A DNA stretch of 64,000 bases from Octopus bimaculoides (taxonomy: Eukaryota): assembly GCF_001194135.2 (NCBI RefSeq), contig NC_068982.1:102177029-102241028 (forward strand), read 5' to 3'. The translations under genes were made by a program, and so were the position numbers. This document shows, in pieces, positions 38,557 through 52,350 of this stretch. The first letter of the stretch is position 1; the number at the start of each line of letters is the position of its first letter. Under the pieces are notes generated by a model. The model was not told the origin of the DNA. It ran no database searches and saw nothing but the letters and a program-made list of their open reading frames with translations.

Positions 38557-39147
38557 CATATACGTATATTCTACATACATACACGTACATATTCATGCAT
38601 GTATATATACATATACACACTGCATACAACATCGTTCATGCTTTATTTCAGATCAAATCATCAACTAGCTATTGATTTTATGGTAATTTCTACTGATTCC
38701 AAATGATCTACCCACAACAAATAATGCAATTTACTGGAGTCAGGGGTACAAATCTAAATCGGAAATCGATATCATATAGTGAGTAATCAAATTACTACAG
38801 GGGACGGTGTCAGTACTTGCGTAGAGTGGGTAGTGCATGAAATTTCGGTAGCTAGATTGGTGTATATGAGTGAGTAGTTTTGGTTGCTGTGAGGTGGAAT
38901 AGAATGAAATTTGGTCCCATATTTACTCATTTGTGTATGCTTAACATGAAGCCACTAAGTTTCAGAAATGAACGTGTCCACGTCTCATGAATATTCCTCT
39001 GTAACAATACACGTAAACAGCCAAACACATACACGCATACCACACATGCACTTAAGTACGTGCAAAGACACGTATGTATGTAGGCATGTAAGTATTTAAG
39101 ATGTTTGTATGAACATATATGTATACATACATACATACATACATACA

Positions 39148-39178
<31 letters not shown>

Positions 39179-40195
39179 TGGTGCAAACCCAGTGCATACA
39201 TACGAACATACATTTTCATTTAGTTCTATAGGTCTACAAATCACAGCCAGATTTATATGCCCGATTTTTCGATGGAGTAGTGATGTCGATATGCATGAAA
39301 GGTTGAAGGTCTTACGATCGATATTTCAATAATTCCATTTGCATTAATATCATTGTTATTTGTATTACAACAACTAATCGGTTATTGTTTGTTGTTGTGG
39401 TTCCTTAGGTTGTTTTTGTTTGCTGCTCTTTTCTGAATAATTGTAACTATTATTGGTTTCTTTCAACTAAACACAAAAACCCTGAACAGAACTTTTAGGG
39501 TTTTATTATTATTAAAGGAGAATAAAGGGTTGTTATGTTATGACGATAGATTGTGCCTGAAAAGCAGTAGCAGCTTCAGTGGAGTGAGAGTTGAATTGCT
39601 TTACATCGAGTAGCGTAATATTTTTAGCATCTCCTTGATATTTATAGACATCAGTCTTGTCTTTTATGATTACTAAAAAATTAGAAGAATTATGCTCTTG
39701 ACTTTTCCAACAACTATAGGAATTTAAAGGGACATGAGACTATAGGAAATTAAAATCTTGTTTAGAAAACTATCGTTGACAGCCAATTCACAGTGGTTTA
39801 CCCTGCTGGAAATTGCAGCCATATTCCCTCAACTCACAGTGTCATAAAAAGGATACATTTGATAATATAGTTAATAGATATACAAACGAAAGCAATACTC
39901 AATCGGGATCGGCATGGAGTTAAACAACAATAGCATATAGCTAATTGACAGATTACTATTTATATAATTCTATTCTGTAGACAGCTGAGGATTAACACAT
40001 ATTCTATAGCACTTTCCTATAATTTTGTGTAAACATTCATTTCTCTATAGGTTGCACAACTGTATGCGCTACATTATCGTTGTCATTATGTTTTATGGAC
40101 GAAACTAAACATTGTAAAGTATTTCAGTTTGGAGTGAAAATGTTTTTTGTCATGTTACCAATCTATAATTCTAACTAATATTATTATTGAACATA

Positions 40196-40425
40196 AGGCG
40201 GCGAGCTGGCAGAATCATTAACATGCCTTAAAAAATGTTTAGCGGCATTTCGTCCGTCTTTACATTATGAGTTCAAATTTCGCCGACGTCGATTTTACTC
40301 TTCATCCTTTCCGGGTCGATAAAATAAGTATCAGTGGAACACTGGGGTGGGGGTGGGGTCAATTTAATCGACTTACAACCCCCCTCTGAACTTGCTGGGC
40401 TTGTGACAGAATTTCAAACCAATAT
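40196..40425 (+). mobile_element. SINE family B2
   Basis: GGCGGCGAGCTGGCAGAATC head, B core, GGGCTTGTGACAGAATTTCAAACC tail. Confidence 0.85.
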
Positions 40426-40960
40426 TCTTATTCGGTGGAATTGCAAAATTATTACATGGTCGAACAAAATGCCTTGTGGTATTTATTCGGGATCTATACG
40501 TTCTCAATCCGATTCCCTACAAAGGTAAGTTTCGTACGACCAGGGTCGGAAAAATATGGTAATAATGTTGATGATATCGACTGAACACTCTCCTCAAATT
40601 TGCAGACCTTGTGCTTAAATCAAAAATGATATTATTTAACTAAGGTCAGTGATATGACAGAAATGATAGTGCAGCGAATAAAATTTTATTGAGACGCTTC
40701 GCTATGTCCCTTCCTACTTTGAATTCTTATCCCACTGGGATTCATCCTGGCGAACGCACCTCTTTAACGGTACTAGAAGTCATATCTGAAAACTTGGACC
40801 CTTTTTTGCAGAATATATTTCTTCGCCTACAAATTATTGACACTCTGTAACGTTCTAGAACGCACAATAAGGTACTGCTGAACTCCTGCATACAGACATC
40901 CTAGAAAGTACCCAGAAGTCACTCGACTGACTGTCATAAATCACTCACAGACCTTCTCCA

Positions 40961-41421
40961 GCCACTGTTTTCATTAGTTGGGCTGATGACCTCATCTTGG
41001 TTGTTGCTTTCAATATGTTTCTGCTGTGTATGCTCCAGCCTTAAGACATCAATAGAGGTATAAGTCTGAAAAATTCATTCTGTCACTGCCTACCAGCATA
41101 GCGTGATAGATAAAGGCGTTGGTTAATGCAGTGCAGCCACCTAGAAGTTTTGAGACCTAAAGAAGGTTGGATCATACACAGCTAAAACGTAGTGAAAGCA
41201 ACAATCATGATGAGGATACCAGTCCGAGTAATGTAAACAGCGTACATAATATAAATTCCACACCTCGGTAAGTAAAGAATTGTAATTGAAAGACTTATTT
41301 AAAATAGAATAGACTTCAATCATTTTAAGAAAAATATGTATAATTAAATTTTAAAAAATATATAAGCATTGTTTAGATAAAAGAATCACTTTAACGAAGT
41401 TATACGTAATTCAAAATAAAT
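40961..41421 (+). repeat. Local duplication unit, copy 1 (contains inverted pLTR/hammerhead-like arms)
   Basis: Colinear with 47036-47531; has a deletion of about 38 bp relative to copy 2. Confidence 0.9.
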
Positions 41422-42674
41422 GGCGTTGGCTGCTCGGAGCTACTTGGTCTCGTGCCAAGTTGTCCCTGATTCAACTGTCTTTATTTATCACCCATTTTGT
41501 GTCCTAATTCTCAAGCCTCTCACCAACGGTTACCTATATTTCTTAGCATGTAGGAAAAAAGTTTTCATGAACTTGCCGTCAAACGATGGGGATCGATCGT
41601 CACCGAAGCCACGTACTCCCTACAAAATCTGGTCGCGCCGAGACATTCGAAATCATGACCATTAAGGGTGAAAAGGCTGAAGAGTGGCAACAGAGATGAT
41701 AGAACGGCCGATAAGACAATTTGCAGTATTGTGTTGCTCCTATTTTATTTCTGATCTAATTAAACATTGCTCGTCTCTTTGGTTGATAAAATATGTACCA
41801 CTCAAGGACTTGGGTGGAACCAGTCGGTTATACACTTCTCCAAGACGTGTGTCCTTGTGACTATATTCTAAATTATTGCTATTGTTGTTGCTGTTTTTGT
41901 TGTAGTCGTTGTTGTTACGATGATGATTATGGCGATGGCAGTCGTAATGGTGATGATGTTTAAGTAAAATAATTTTGTTTGATTCAAAAGAGAATTTATC
42001 TGAATATGCAAAATTATTAACTAATGCAGCCTGATTATATCTAAAACAGACTATCAATGGTAATTAGATTTGAAAAGGAATAATCTTTTACATAACAAAA
42101 TGATATATAACATTTGTGTAGATAATAATGATGAAAGAGAGGAAAAGTTGATTGAAGACATAATGCATTATTACTATTATAACTACCACCACCACCAACA
42201 ACAACAACAACAACAACAAATACTGTAAAGCTTGTAAAGAAACAAGCAAACATAGCTGATTTGTTAATTAAGTTTGAATCTATATGAAAGTGTGTTCTCG
42301 TTGTTTGAGCGGCATATTTCAGTTGTGCAGGTCAGATTGATCCAGTTGCTGAATACATTTCCGTACAAAGTATACTGACAATTTTAGTTTTCAGAGCTAT
42401 TTGCCTTTTTTTCTTGAGAACTAACTGAGTGATATAAGTTGTTATGTCAACTCTCAACAGTTACACGAAGGGTAGATAAAGGAAGGTGATATCAATCGAC
42501 GCTGATAACTCTGTTTGTTATTGACGTTATTTCTCTTTTGTAAAATGGTTTATGTCTTGAATATCATAATTTTTCGTCCATTAGGTATTTGATGAGAGAG
42601 AGAGAGGGGGAGAGAGTGAGCGAGAGAGTGAGCGAGAGAGTGAGCGAGAGAGTGAGCGAGAGAGAGAGAGAGCA

Positions 42675-42835
42675 GTCGATTTTACCAATCCCATTTCGCT
42701 TAGTTTTATCGACCCCGGAAAGATCAAAGGTACAGTGGATTTCGGCGGGAACGACCTCAGAACTTGAATATCATGAACAAATACCGCAAGGCATTTTGCT
42801 CAACGCTGTAACAATTCTGCCAGTCCAACAACTCT
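42675..42835 (-). mobile_element. SINE family B, diverged
   Basis: ATCGACCCCGGAAAGATCAAAGG..ATACCGCAAGGCATTTTG..TTCTGCCAG. Confidence 0.7.
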
Positions 42836-43959
42836 GCAATTCTATTAATAATATAAATAAATATTAGTAGCTATGCATATATGTATTCAGCGTGTTATGA
42901 GATTTAGGCACAAGATGGCCTTTTTGACAGATAAACTAATACGAAATCGGTCTGTTCGTCCTCATCCCAAGTTGCTAAAAGGGCCATCATGGAGACAAAT
43001 TTCTCAAAGACATATAGAACCCCAATTCAACCATGATTCATCAAACCTCTAATCAAAGATGTTCTAGTCATGTCCATCCCGTAGTTTAGTACAATAATAT
43101 CTAATGTGTCCTTAGAAAAAGGCGACGAATTAGTAGAGTCCTTAGAGCATAGGACAAAATGTCTTGTGAAATTTGTTCTAGTTCTGCGCCTTCTGAGTTC
43201 AAATTCTATCGAGGCTCGAACTTCATGCTCTCGGGGTCGATCAAATATAAATCTCTCCCTAGAGTAGGGAATTGGCAGAAATGCTAAAGCTTTTGATGAG
43301 ACGCCTTGCAGTATTATTTCCCGCTCTTTTCGTTCTTAGTTTTGAGTGGCAGTCTTGTGGTATTATGGAGGGTGACAACCCTCCGTAATACCACATCACC
43401 ATCTCATCTTTCGGTCTTTTTGATAGAGTCCACTTTGTTGCAGATATTTAGTACATGTCTCTAGTTTGAAGGTACATCCATCTCTTCATCCTGCTCAGAC
43501 GCCCTGAACAAATAAAGAAACATTGGCCCTGTCCTTTCCAGGATTAAGCGATATATGAGGCAGATTTGGTCGCTATTTCTAAAGGTCGAGTGATCACATA
43601 GAGCATCCATTATTGGAATTGTAGTAATGTTTATCTACGTACTAGAAATTCGATAAGCTTCATAAAGGATATATTTGCGAAATTATTTCAATTGATCCAT
43701 TTTTTTTAATCCGCTTGTAGTAGCTTCGGCCTTCATCGTGACTAGTGACCACTCTTTCTTCAAATGTCTTATCCACATTTTTTTGAAATGTGAAAGAAAG
43801 AAGACTCAGGATTCAATAACCCGTCATTATTTCAAATTATAGCAATAGGAGCACAGAAATATGCTTATATGGGGTGTGATTACATTGGCTATATACAGTT
43901 TAATAGATGATGCTTTACATCCTACTTTTGACGTAGCTGAAAAGAAGAATAATTGTATT

Positions 43960-44160
43960 CACCAGTCAATAGCAGCGATTTTTTTCTCATTGAAGAATAT
44001 TTTATTAGGGTGACGAAATGTATTATGCACGTATTTTTCAAAGTTTTTAGCAGCATGAGTAGAATAAACAGTTATTTCGTATGGCTTTTGAAACAGCGTT
44101 GGAACCCAGAGTAGTGGGGTTTTACCATTTGCTATATAGCACGTAAGTCTGGTCATTAAA
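43960..44160 (-). mobile_element. Possible Tc1/Tc3-like transposase relic
   Basis: NGKTPLLWV..FQ..STHAAKN loosely resembles NGKTPIC and FQQDNA..H..K. Confidence 0.3.
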
Positions 44161-46274
44161 AACAAAATCTTTTCTTTGACCAGACGTAAAGGAAATAGTC
44201 TATTAAATTGACCCTCTCACATGACTGGTACTTATTTTATGTCATAACAGCTACAACAATATTAACGATAACAATATATGGAAATAAATACGGTTCTGAG
44301 CATTTACTTCAATCTCGTTTTTACTAATATTTTCATGTAACATAGCGTTAACTCTGGTTGATTTGCGACCTTATATACTGGCCGGAGGATCGATTGGTCG
44401 TGTCACTTCATAAGTACTATGGTGAGCTATATTTCCCTGTTGTAGTTAAATGTTAGTACGGCATAATTGAGAGATGTTTTGTTAATCTGAATTGCTGGAT
44501 TATTATACACTTTGAGCTTAAAATAGATAATGATATACCATGCCATTTCACATACTCCACAAGGGATTGATGCTGAAATTGACTGAATCACACTAGAAGT
44601 TAATCGTTCCCACAGTAATTTCAGCTTAAAGCAAACGGTGTATCCTGTATTGCATGTCATTTAGAATCTAAGATAATGTATAGGTATTCCCTGTAGCAGG
44701 TTTCTTTGTACATCGTATTACATTAGCTCTAATAGCACTACTTTCTTGAATTCTGAATATAGATTTACTGTATAATTACTAGCGTTTACGCTATTTGGTT
44801 ATTATATCTTTGCAGGTAGTCTAGTTAATTACATTCTGGTTTCTTCATATCTATCATTTATGTGTATATATGTGTGTGTGTGTGTGTGTGTGTATGAATA
44901 TGTGTGTATATGTATATATATTTCATAGAATTCATGCATTTATTGCCTATGTGATGTTGTACCATACTGTTGAATTATTTGATATTTTAACACTTATTAA
45001 GGTGGCAGTGAATAGCATGATTAATAAATCTCCAGTCAAAATATACAGCAGTTTTCAATTAAAACCTTTTACATTGTGAATTCCGATCCTGTTGGAGTCG
45101 CATTAGCTTTCACCCAACCTTAGAATTAATGAAATAATCACCACCTAGGATACTGGTAAAGCGCCAATCACCCTTAACTCTTCACTAAAAAGTCTAGGCT
45201 TGTGCTAAATTTAGAAACCAATACTTCACAAGTAGTTTTGTCTACCCATGATATGACGAGCATAAAGTTGAAATTGTATGTTTTTAACCATGAATTTATA
45301 ATGGCATGCAATGTCTTACAAGTTCTAAAGATCTCGCCGATAATATATCTTTGTTAAGTATTGATTTCTTTTGGCTTGTCATGTGATGTCTTTGTTTCTC
45401 ACAGTAAATTTGTTAGTAGTTGTTGTTGTAATTCTACCAAACGCACTCTGTGACCTTTTAAAGTCTGCTTAAACACTCCATCAATCTATGTAAATAATTC
45501 TATATTGAAAACAGACTTATTCGGAGTTACATCTTAAGATCTTTTTCTTCAGATATAAGTTGGCAGATTCTTAGCAGATATCCGTCTGTTTATGTATCTA
45601 TACATCTATCTATCACCCTATCTACCTACATACCTATCCACCTGTCTATCGATCTAACGATCTATGGATAAAGGCTGGCAAAAATCTGAAATATAAATTA
45701 CGTATGGCTTAATATATTTAGTCTTACTGCATTCAAATTCTGGGTAGAAACAAATTTAGCGAAGAACTGCATCGAAATATTGAAGTCTCGGGCACAATTG
45801 CGTCAATTAATATCACCATGTTTTTCCGTCTCTCAATAATTCAATTTATCGATTAACTAATCTCCTTATTTACCGTGTATGTGTGTTCGTGCGTGCGTAC
45901 GTGTGTGTTTGTGTGTGTGTTCGCGTGTATGCGTGCCGGTGTGCTAGGAGAGGAAGGCATCAAAACACAAGTCGTTGAATGATGAAATTCATGCATTATA
46001 GGCACATGTACTCAAAATCACACACATACACACACACACACACACAAGCATACATACATACACATACACATACACATAAACATACAGACACACAGATGCA
46101 CGCGAAGAAACAGACATCGGGTTTACTAATACAGAATCAAATCAGAGGTTACTTTGTGTCACCGTCAAGATTTAGAATAATATTCAAATCAGTGCCAACG
46201 TACTTAATGCACTGTACATCAAAAATCACATTAAAATTCTTATTTGGTAAATAAAATGACAACCCGTACCTTTA

Positions 46275-46490
46275 TTGGTTTCAAATTTTGGCACAAGGCC
46301 AGCAATTTCGGGGAATTGGGTAGGTTGATTATATTGACCGCAGTGCTCAACTGGTACTTATTTTATCGACCCTGAAAGAATGAAAAGCAAAGTTGACTTT
46401 GGCGGAATTTGAATTCAGAACCAGTAAAGACATGAAACATCCCTAAGTATTTTTTCCGGCGCAGTAAAGATTCCTTCAGTCTGCCGCCTT
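46275..46490 (-). mobile_element. SINE family B2
   Basis: TTTCAAATTTTGGCACAAGGCCAGC tail plus B core and head. Confidence 0.85.
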
Positions 46491-47035
46491 AAAAAGAAAG
46501 GTAGGGGCGGGCAAGCCTTTACACAGAACCGAACTCTGTACCTCCGAAATTCCGGATGAGCGCTCTGTACCATTAAGCTAAGAGATTCCTAACCGATATG
46601 TTGATTATTAATATTATAGTTGTCATTTTGCTAAATACATGAGGCAACTTCGGACGTGTTTTAGTATGATTATTGTTGAATATCCTCTGCAAACTATAAA
46701 GTTCACAATACTAACAAAGTATTGACGAAAGAACCACTGAGTTGACAAGGAACATCGTAAAGGAATGGGAGTGATTCATAATTAGGGGGAAAATTGGCCG
46801 AATCATTAGAGCGTCAACTAAATGCGGTATTTCTTTTCCAGCCCTCTTCAGTGAGAGTTCAAATTCTATTGAAACAAACATTTTTTTCAGGCTGCAACAA
46901 TTAATTCAAGACACGAATATTTCGATTAATATGTTCAAATTTGTATTTTATATTACTTTAAGAATGTTCGTTAATAGAACAAAGTAAAACATTTATTCGT
47001 GAAGACTAGTTCTTTTAAGTGTTGAAAGACTTATA

Positions 47036-47531
47036 CCCACTGTTTACATTAGTTGAGTTGATGACCTCATCTTGGTTGTTGCTTTCAATACGTTTCGGCT
47101 GTGTATGTTCCAGCCTTAAGACAACAATGGAGGTGTAAGCCTGAAAAATTACCTCTGTTACTGCCTACCAGTATAGCGTGGTAGATTAAGGCGTTGTTAA
47201 TGCAGTGCAGCCACCTAGAAGTTCTGAGTTTAATCCTAGGCAAGGCACTGAGGTAAATCACAAGAGACCTAAAGAAGGTTGGAGTATACACAGCTAAAAC
47301 ATAGTGAAAGCAACAATCATGATGAGGGCACCAGTCCGAGTAATGTAAATAGAGTACATAATATAAATTCCACACCCCAGTAAGTAAAGAATTGTAATTG
47401 AAGGACTTATTTAAAATAAAATAGACTTCAATCGTTTTAAGAAAAATATGTATAATTAAATAAAAATATATATAAGCATCCTTTAGATAAAAGAATCACT
47501 TTAACGAAGTTATACGTAATTCAAAATAAAT
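47036..47531 (+). repeat. Local duplication unit, copy 2
   Basis: Colinear with 40961-41421; internal inverted arms 47065-47117 and 47275-47327. Confidence 0.9.
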
Positions 47532-47989
47532 TGTATTAAATAAAATGCTCTTTATGGGAACAATTGAAAAATAGCAGCAATCAAATATAAATATAGATCT
47601 ACAGGTTCTGTCATATTTTTTTTTTATATAAACGACATCATCTGCTGACTGCTCGGCTGATTTCAGATTCTCTAATTTTTATTAAAACAACTCAATTCAT
47701 TAATATTTATTTTTAACTTCCACGGATTGTCCAGAATTGGTCATCTGGAAATCTTTCTAAACCACGAACTATATCATATAATAGTTTTAGATATCTTCCT
47801 TGATAGAACCGGCTATCTAGAAGTTGTTTTCATTGCTATATACACTAGCCACTTGGAGATTTATTAGCTCCTTAAGGCCTTTATAGGCCAGTGTCTCACT
47901 ATGCAGGCAATATTGAGCACTGTGGTCGATATTATCAACCTACCCACTTCCCCGAAATTGCTGGCCTTGTGCCAAATTACTCAAATTCC

Positions 47990-48400
47990 ACTTCCTATAC
48001 CATTTGCATAGGATTGAATCTGCTGGTTGAATCTGTTATAGCCTGTCTTTAATCCCAGTGAGGTGTCTATATCCAACTCCTTACCAAATATTTATAATAT
48101 CGATTGCAGCTTAATATAATTTTCTAAAGTTTCTTGACATGCTTTTTATCATCAGTCGTTATAAGTATCTATTTTACAATGCTGATATGCCTTAAAAATG
48201 GAAATAATTCATTGCTCCATAGCCTATAAGAGGGGAGCTTCGTTTGATAGAATGCAATCAGCTCCAAAAGGTGCACATTTCTGGGAAAAAAAGCGAGATT
48301 TGAAGGATGACCAGGAGCGTTATCCAAAAGCAGAAGTCCCTTAGAACCGAAATTGTGCTTCTCCCGGTAACATTTGGCAGCAAGGTAGAACATTACCGTA
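47990..48400 (-). mobile_element. pogo/Tigger transposase C-terminal relic
   Basis: LLLLDNAPGHPSNL..LL*AMEQ*IISIFKAY (cf. LIQPMDQGVIATFKAYY). Confidence 0.75.
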
Positions 48401-48819
48401 ACCCTGTCAGTTAATAAAACCTGTGTAACTCAAGATTTCTAAATGATAGCGAATTTTAATGGAGTTTATAAAATAGGTAGAAGATTTAGATAGTTTTATC
48501 TTATTTACATCAAAAAATTTGAAAATTATTATTAATATACAATTCTTTTGAGCAAAACTTGCATGATTTCCATGCTTCCAGAATAATTTGTTGCTAACAA
48601 AAATGCGAAATGATAATTTGTTACTTTAAGCCCTGTTCTTTTTGTTTTTTTTAGCCTGTATGTTTTAGATGTTAAATGCTTTTGGTGGTTACTTACCAGC
48701 TTCTCTAATACCCTTCAATTGTGCAGATTATGATGCAGTCAGAATATCAGCACTTACTAATTTCCTTGACACCTGAATTCAGTGGAGATTAGGTCGTTTG
48801 CTCTTTATCGCTTACTTGT

Positions 48820-49044
48820 TTCAATTATTTCAGTTGGCCATGCAGGGAAACCTCACTGAAGAATTTTTAGTCGAATGAATCGACTCCAGTACTTACTTTT
48901 TTTCTTTTTCTTTAAGCCTGGTATTTATTCTATCACTCTCTTTACCGAACCGCTAAGTTACAGGAACGTGAACACACCAACATTGGTTGTCAAGCGGTGG
49001 TGGGGGACAAAAACCAACACAAAAACACCACACACACACACAGA

Positions 49045-49090
<46 letters not shown>

Positions 49091-49405
49091 GTTGATTGCG
49101 GCTTTGTTTTTCAATAAATTTTATTCAACAAAAACAGTAACAACATTTAACAAAATCATCTTTAAATGATTATTCTGACCGGCTGCCAAGCAAATGGGAA
49201 GCAGTAATTGAAGTAGATGGTGAATATGCTCCGGAATAATCATTTAAAGATGTTTTTGTTGAGTAAAATTTATTGAAAAAATTAACTCACGAGGCTTTGG
49301 TCGGCTCGAGAATATTGCAGAAGACACCTGCTTAAGGTACCATGCAGTGGGACTGAACCCCGAACCATGTGGTTGGGAAGCAAGCTTTTTACCACACAGC
49401 CACAC
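48820..49405 (-). mobile_element. SINE family A split by a nested mariner MITE
   Basis: 3' half about 48820-49045, (TA)n, MITE, 5' half about 49283-49405. Confidence 0.85.
49086..49280 (+). mobile_element. Palindromic mariner-derived MITE
   Basis: Inverted arms AATAAATTTTATTCAACAAAAAC..ATCTTTAAATGATTATTC and GAATAATCATTTAAAGATGTTTTTGTTGAGTAAAATTTATT around DRLPSKWEAVIEVDGEYAPE*. Confidence 0.75.
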
Positions 49406-50257
49406 TTGACTGAATTTTTCAGATCATCAACGAGAAACGACAAACGTTTGAGTGACTTCCTCAGCTTCTTGTTTCAACTGATTAAATGATTAAATACATT
49501 TAACACTTTTCACTGCATAATTCACTGAACGGTTACCAAATTTTGCTGCAATATACTGTCTTGATTTGCAATAATTTTACTGCATAGGCATGTTAGACGC
49601 TTAACGCTCACCTGAATTTAGCATGGCAACTTATATTTTGCCAGATTACTTCAACAGGTATTGTAAAAATTAACAATGCAAATGCTAATGATGCTGATAA
49701 ACACTTTTCTTCTCTTTCTCAAATATTTATAGTCTTTAATTTGATTTCTAATGATATTGCTTCATGCTTATGTGACATGATTTGATAGCAAGAGTATTGA
49801 AATTTTTAAAAGCGGTACAGCGAACCACGATTGAAATCTCCATTATGCAAAAACAAACCAAGTGTGACCGACTGATTGCTAATAAAGCAAGATGATGGTA
49901 TTTTATAAGGAGTTTCCCCATTAAATAACGGGAAATATTATTTTTTATTTTATTTTATTCGTGGATTTAGCTATTAAAATAATGCAATATTGTGCTTCGA
50001 GATAACGAGATTTTGCTGCCAGAGGAAATTCTAAATAAGGCAGTGATGTATATGCTTAGACATTTATGTATGTATATATCCAAGCAACCACATATACATA
50101 TGTATGTATTTGGATATACATATGTGCATATATATATATATGCATATTTATGTGTATACATACATATATATATATATACACACACACACACTCACACGCA
50201 TATATATCATATATACTATATATATATTTAGCAGCAACATCTAGCAAGGCCAAGCTA

Positions 50258-50300
50258 CTTCAGACTGATGAAGGGCAATTACCCTGGAACAAGTCACTGG
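50258..50300 (+). ncRNA. Decayed minimal hammerhead motif (pLTR relic)
   Basis: CUGAUGA-AGGG caauua CCCU-GGAAC(GAAA mutated)-AA-GUC. Confidence 0.3.
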
Positions 50301-51499
50301 ATGCTGGCTTTGTTAGGTGGAGATGCTTATCTCCCTTGTTTGAACGCTTGTGTCGCGTAGCCAACTAGAAACGGTATTTCTTGAGGTTAAATAACAGAAG
50401 CATTCTTCCCCTTCCTGGGACTGCCACATTAAGTTGTCAACAAGCCATTACTTTATCGTGCTGCTACTGCATAACTTTCTCTGAGAGATTTAGAAGAGCA
50501 ATATTTATATTTATTATCTTTTTACAAAAAGTAGGATGACTGTGACTTAGGAATTTCGGCCCGCTGGCCATCATTGGTATGGGGTACGCTTGGATTCATC
50601 TTGACTTTATATGGCCTTTGAAGATTTCTTTTTCTGAGGTGGGGTGCTATGTGCAATGATCATTCCACATAGATCCTGCTGCCGCAGAAAATTAAAGGTG
50701 AGCAAGTAGACGCCCCGAATTCACTCACATCTCCCACCTTGTGAAAGTATAATATATATTATTCCTATAAGCACGTACGTACGCACCCACGCACGCATAC
50801 ACAAACACACACACGAACGCACACAAACACACACACATATGCACGGGGACACACATATGTGTGTGTATAAGCTTCTGTACTCAAGAAGGCACGAACATGC
50901 AGACTGGGGAGTAACGAGGAATCCTTAATTTATTGTATCATAAATTCACCCGAATTCATACCCGGATTTAATTACTTTGTCCAAAACTAACAACTTGCAA
51001 ACAGTTATAGCGAAAGTTGAAGAGCTTCTACCAATTCGCTGGTCCAACAAAGGGCATTGATAAATATGGCAACGAAACAACAACTAAATTACACTTCATG
51101 ATATAGAACTGGGATCACACAGGAAAACATTAAAAACAATTGTTACTGATTAGCCCTTCATGTCTTGTCATCGAACAGTCCTTTGGAATGAATGTGGTCA
51201 GCGGAATGATAAAATGTGGCACTTGCTCAAGATTTACTGTCACTCCACCTAGATGTTGACAATATTTTATACTTCGTCATAAAGTAGCTAGGCTTCAATT
51301 GTTGGTGCTGTTTAGCTAAATGTCCTTCTTGACTGAGTAAACGGATTTCTATCGCGACTATATCGTTTTGTTTTTAAAACAAAAGAGTGTGATTTAATGG
51401 TTATATGGCCGTTAATTTTAACTGGCTAAACGAGCATGTATCAGCTATGTCGTATTGAAACATGGAGTCCTTGTGCTCTCTCTATCTAATTTATTCAAT

Positions 51500-52350
51500 C
51501 TATTAGCATAGACTGCAATTTCTGATAATGGTAACAGTGGAAGTAGGATAAATCGACACAGCCAGAGCCCGACAATTACAGTTCTTCTGGTGTGATAGTT
51601 TTTGGTAAGTATTCGGGGTGGGGGGCAATAAACATATAATGGTGCAGCAATTTCTTAAGTTGTGATGGTGTGATTTTGATTCAGTAACGAACCTTGCTCC
51701 GAGCATATCCGGGCGGTCTTTCAGTTTTTGTTTTTGGATTCGTTGTACATAAACTCTATGGGTGTTGCGTGTGAAAAATTAGTGATGGTACGAAGTATAG
51801 ACCTTCGTGTTATTAGTAGTTTATTGATGTTTGCTGTGGAAAGTTTAGAGGCTCAGTTAGAGCTGGTATATTCCATGACAGGTTCCATGTATCTTTTGTA
51901 AACCACTGTGTTTGTGTTATTTTTTTAAGCAAGTATGGTGTCCTCGAGGGATCTGCGTAAGTGGATCGTTTCCTGTTAATTCTTATGTGTTTCATGTTTG
52001 CTGCGAATTTTGAAGGGGTTTTCTTCGCACCAACTCATTATGTTTTTGTTTTGTTTTGTTTTTTTCTTTTCAGTATATTGGCAATTTGACGTTGTTAAAT
52101 AAGATGGTTGGCTGTATTTAATGTTCTGTAGTGATATTACTGGGAAAGAAGACGGTGAATTTGGTAGGTATTATCATAACCGTTTTGAATTGTAGCCATA
52201 ATTCAATGAGATTAATATTCTTCAGTTATCTGCTGGAGTTCTGAAGAATAAAAAGAGAATACTTGTGAATGTGATTTTATCTGTGGAAGAGGTCTATGTA
52301 AGTTCTGAAGGTTTGGGAATGCCATATCGGTAAAGGTTGAGAAGATTTGA
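51500..52350 (-). mobile_element. I-group (Nimb/Ingi/Jockey-like) LINE RT-thumb relic
   Basis: VYKRYMEPVMEYTSSN*ASKLSTANINKLLITRRSILRTITNFSHATPIEFMYNESK; decayed YADD region (STDKITF). Confidence 0.65.

Noticed and set aside
40700-40960. Possible Tc1/maT C-terminal relic
   Set aside because: Too decayed; the WPxxSPD motif is absent
42590-42672. (GAGAGAGTGAGC)x4 as a spacer-repeat or CRISPR-like array
   Set aside because: Plain GA-derived minisatellite with no spacers, in eukaryotic context
47160-47250. A/B-box-like motifs suggesting a Pol III head on the hammerhead unit
   Set aside because: Matches are weak (TAGCGTGGTAG, GAGTTTAATCC) and the B-like box is deleted in copy 1; not supportable without a consensus
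50555-50660. AWIHLDFIWPL, resembling a Gypsy integrase
   Set aside because: Single short motif with no supporting context
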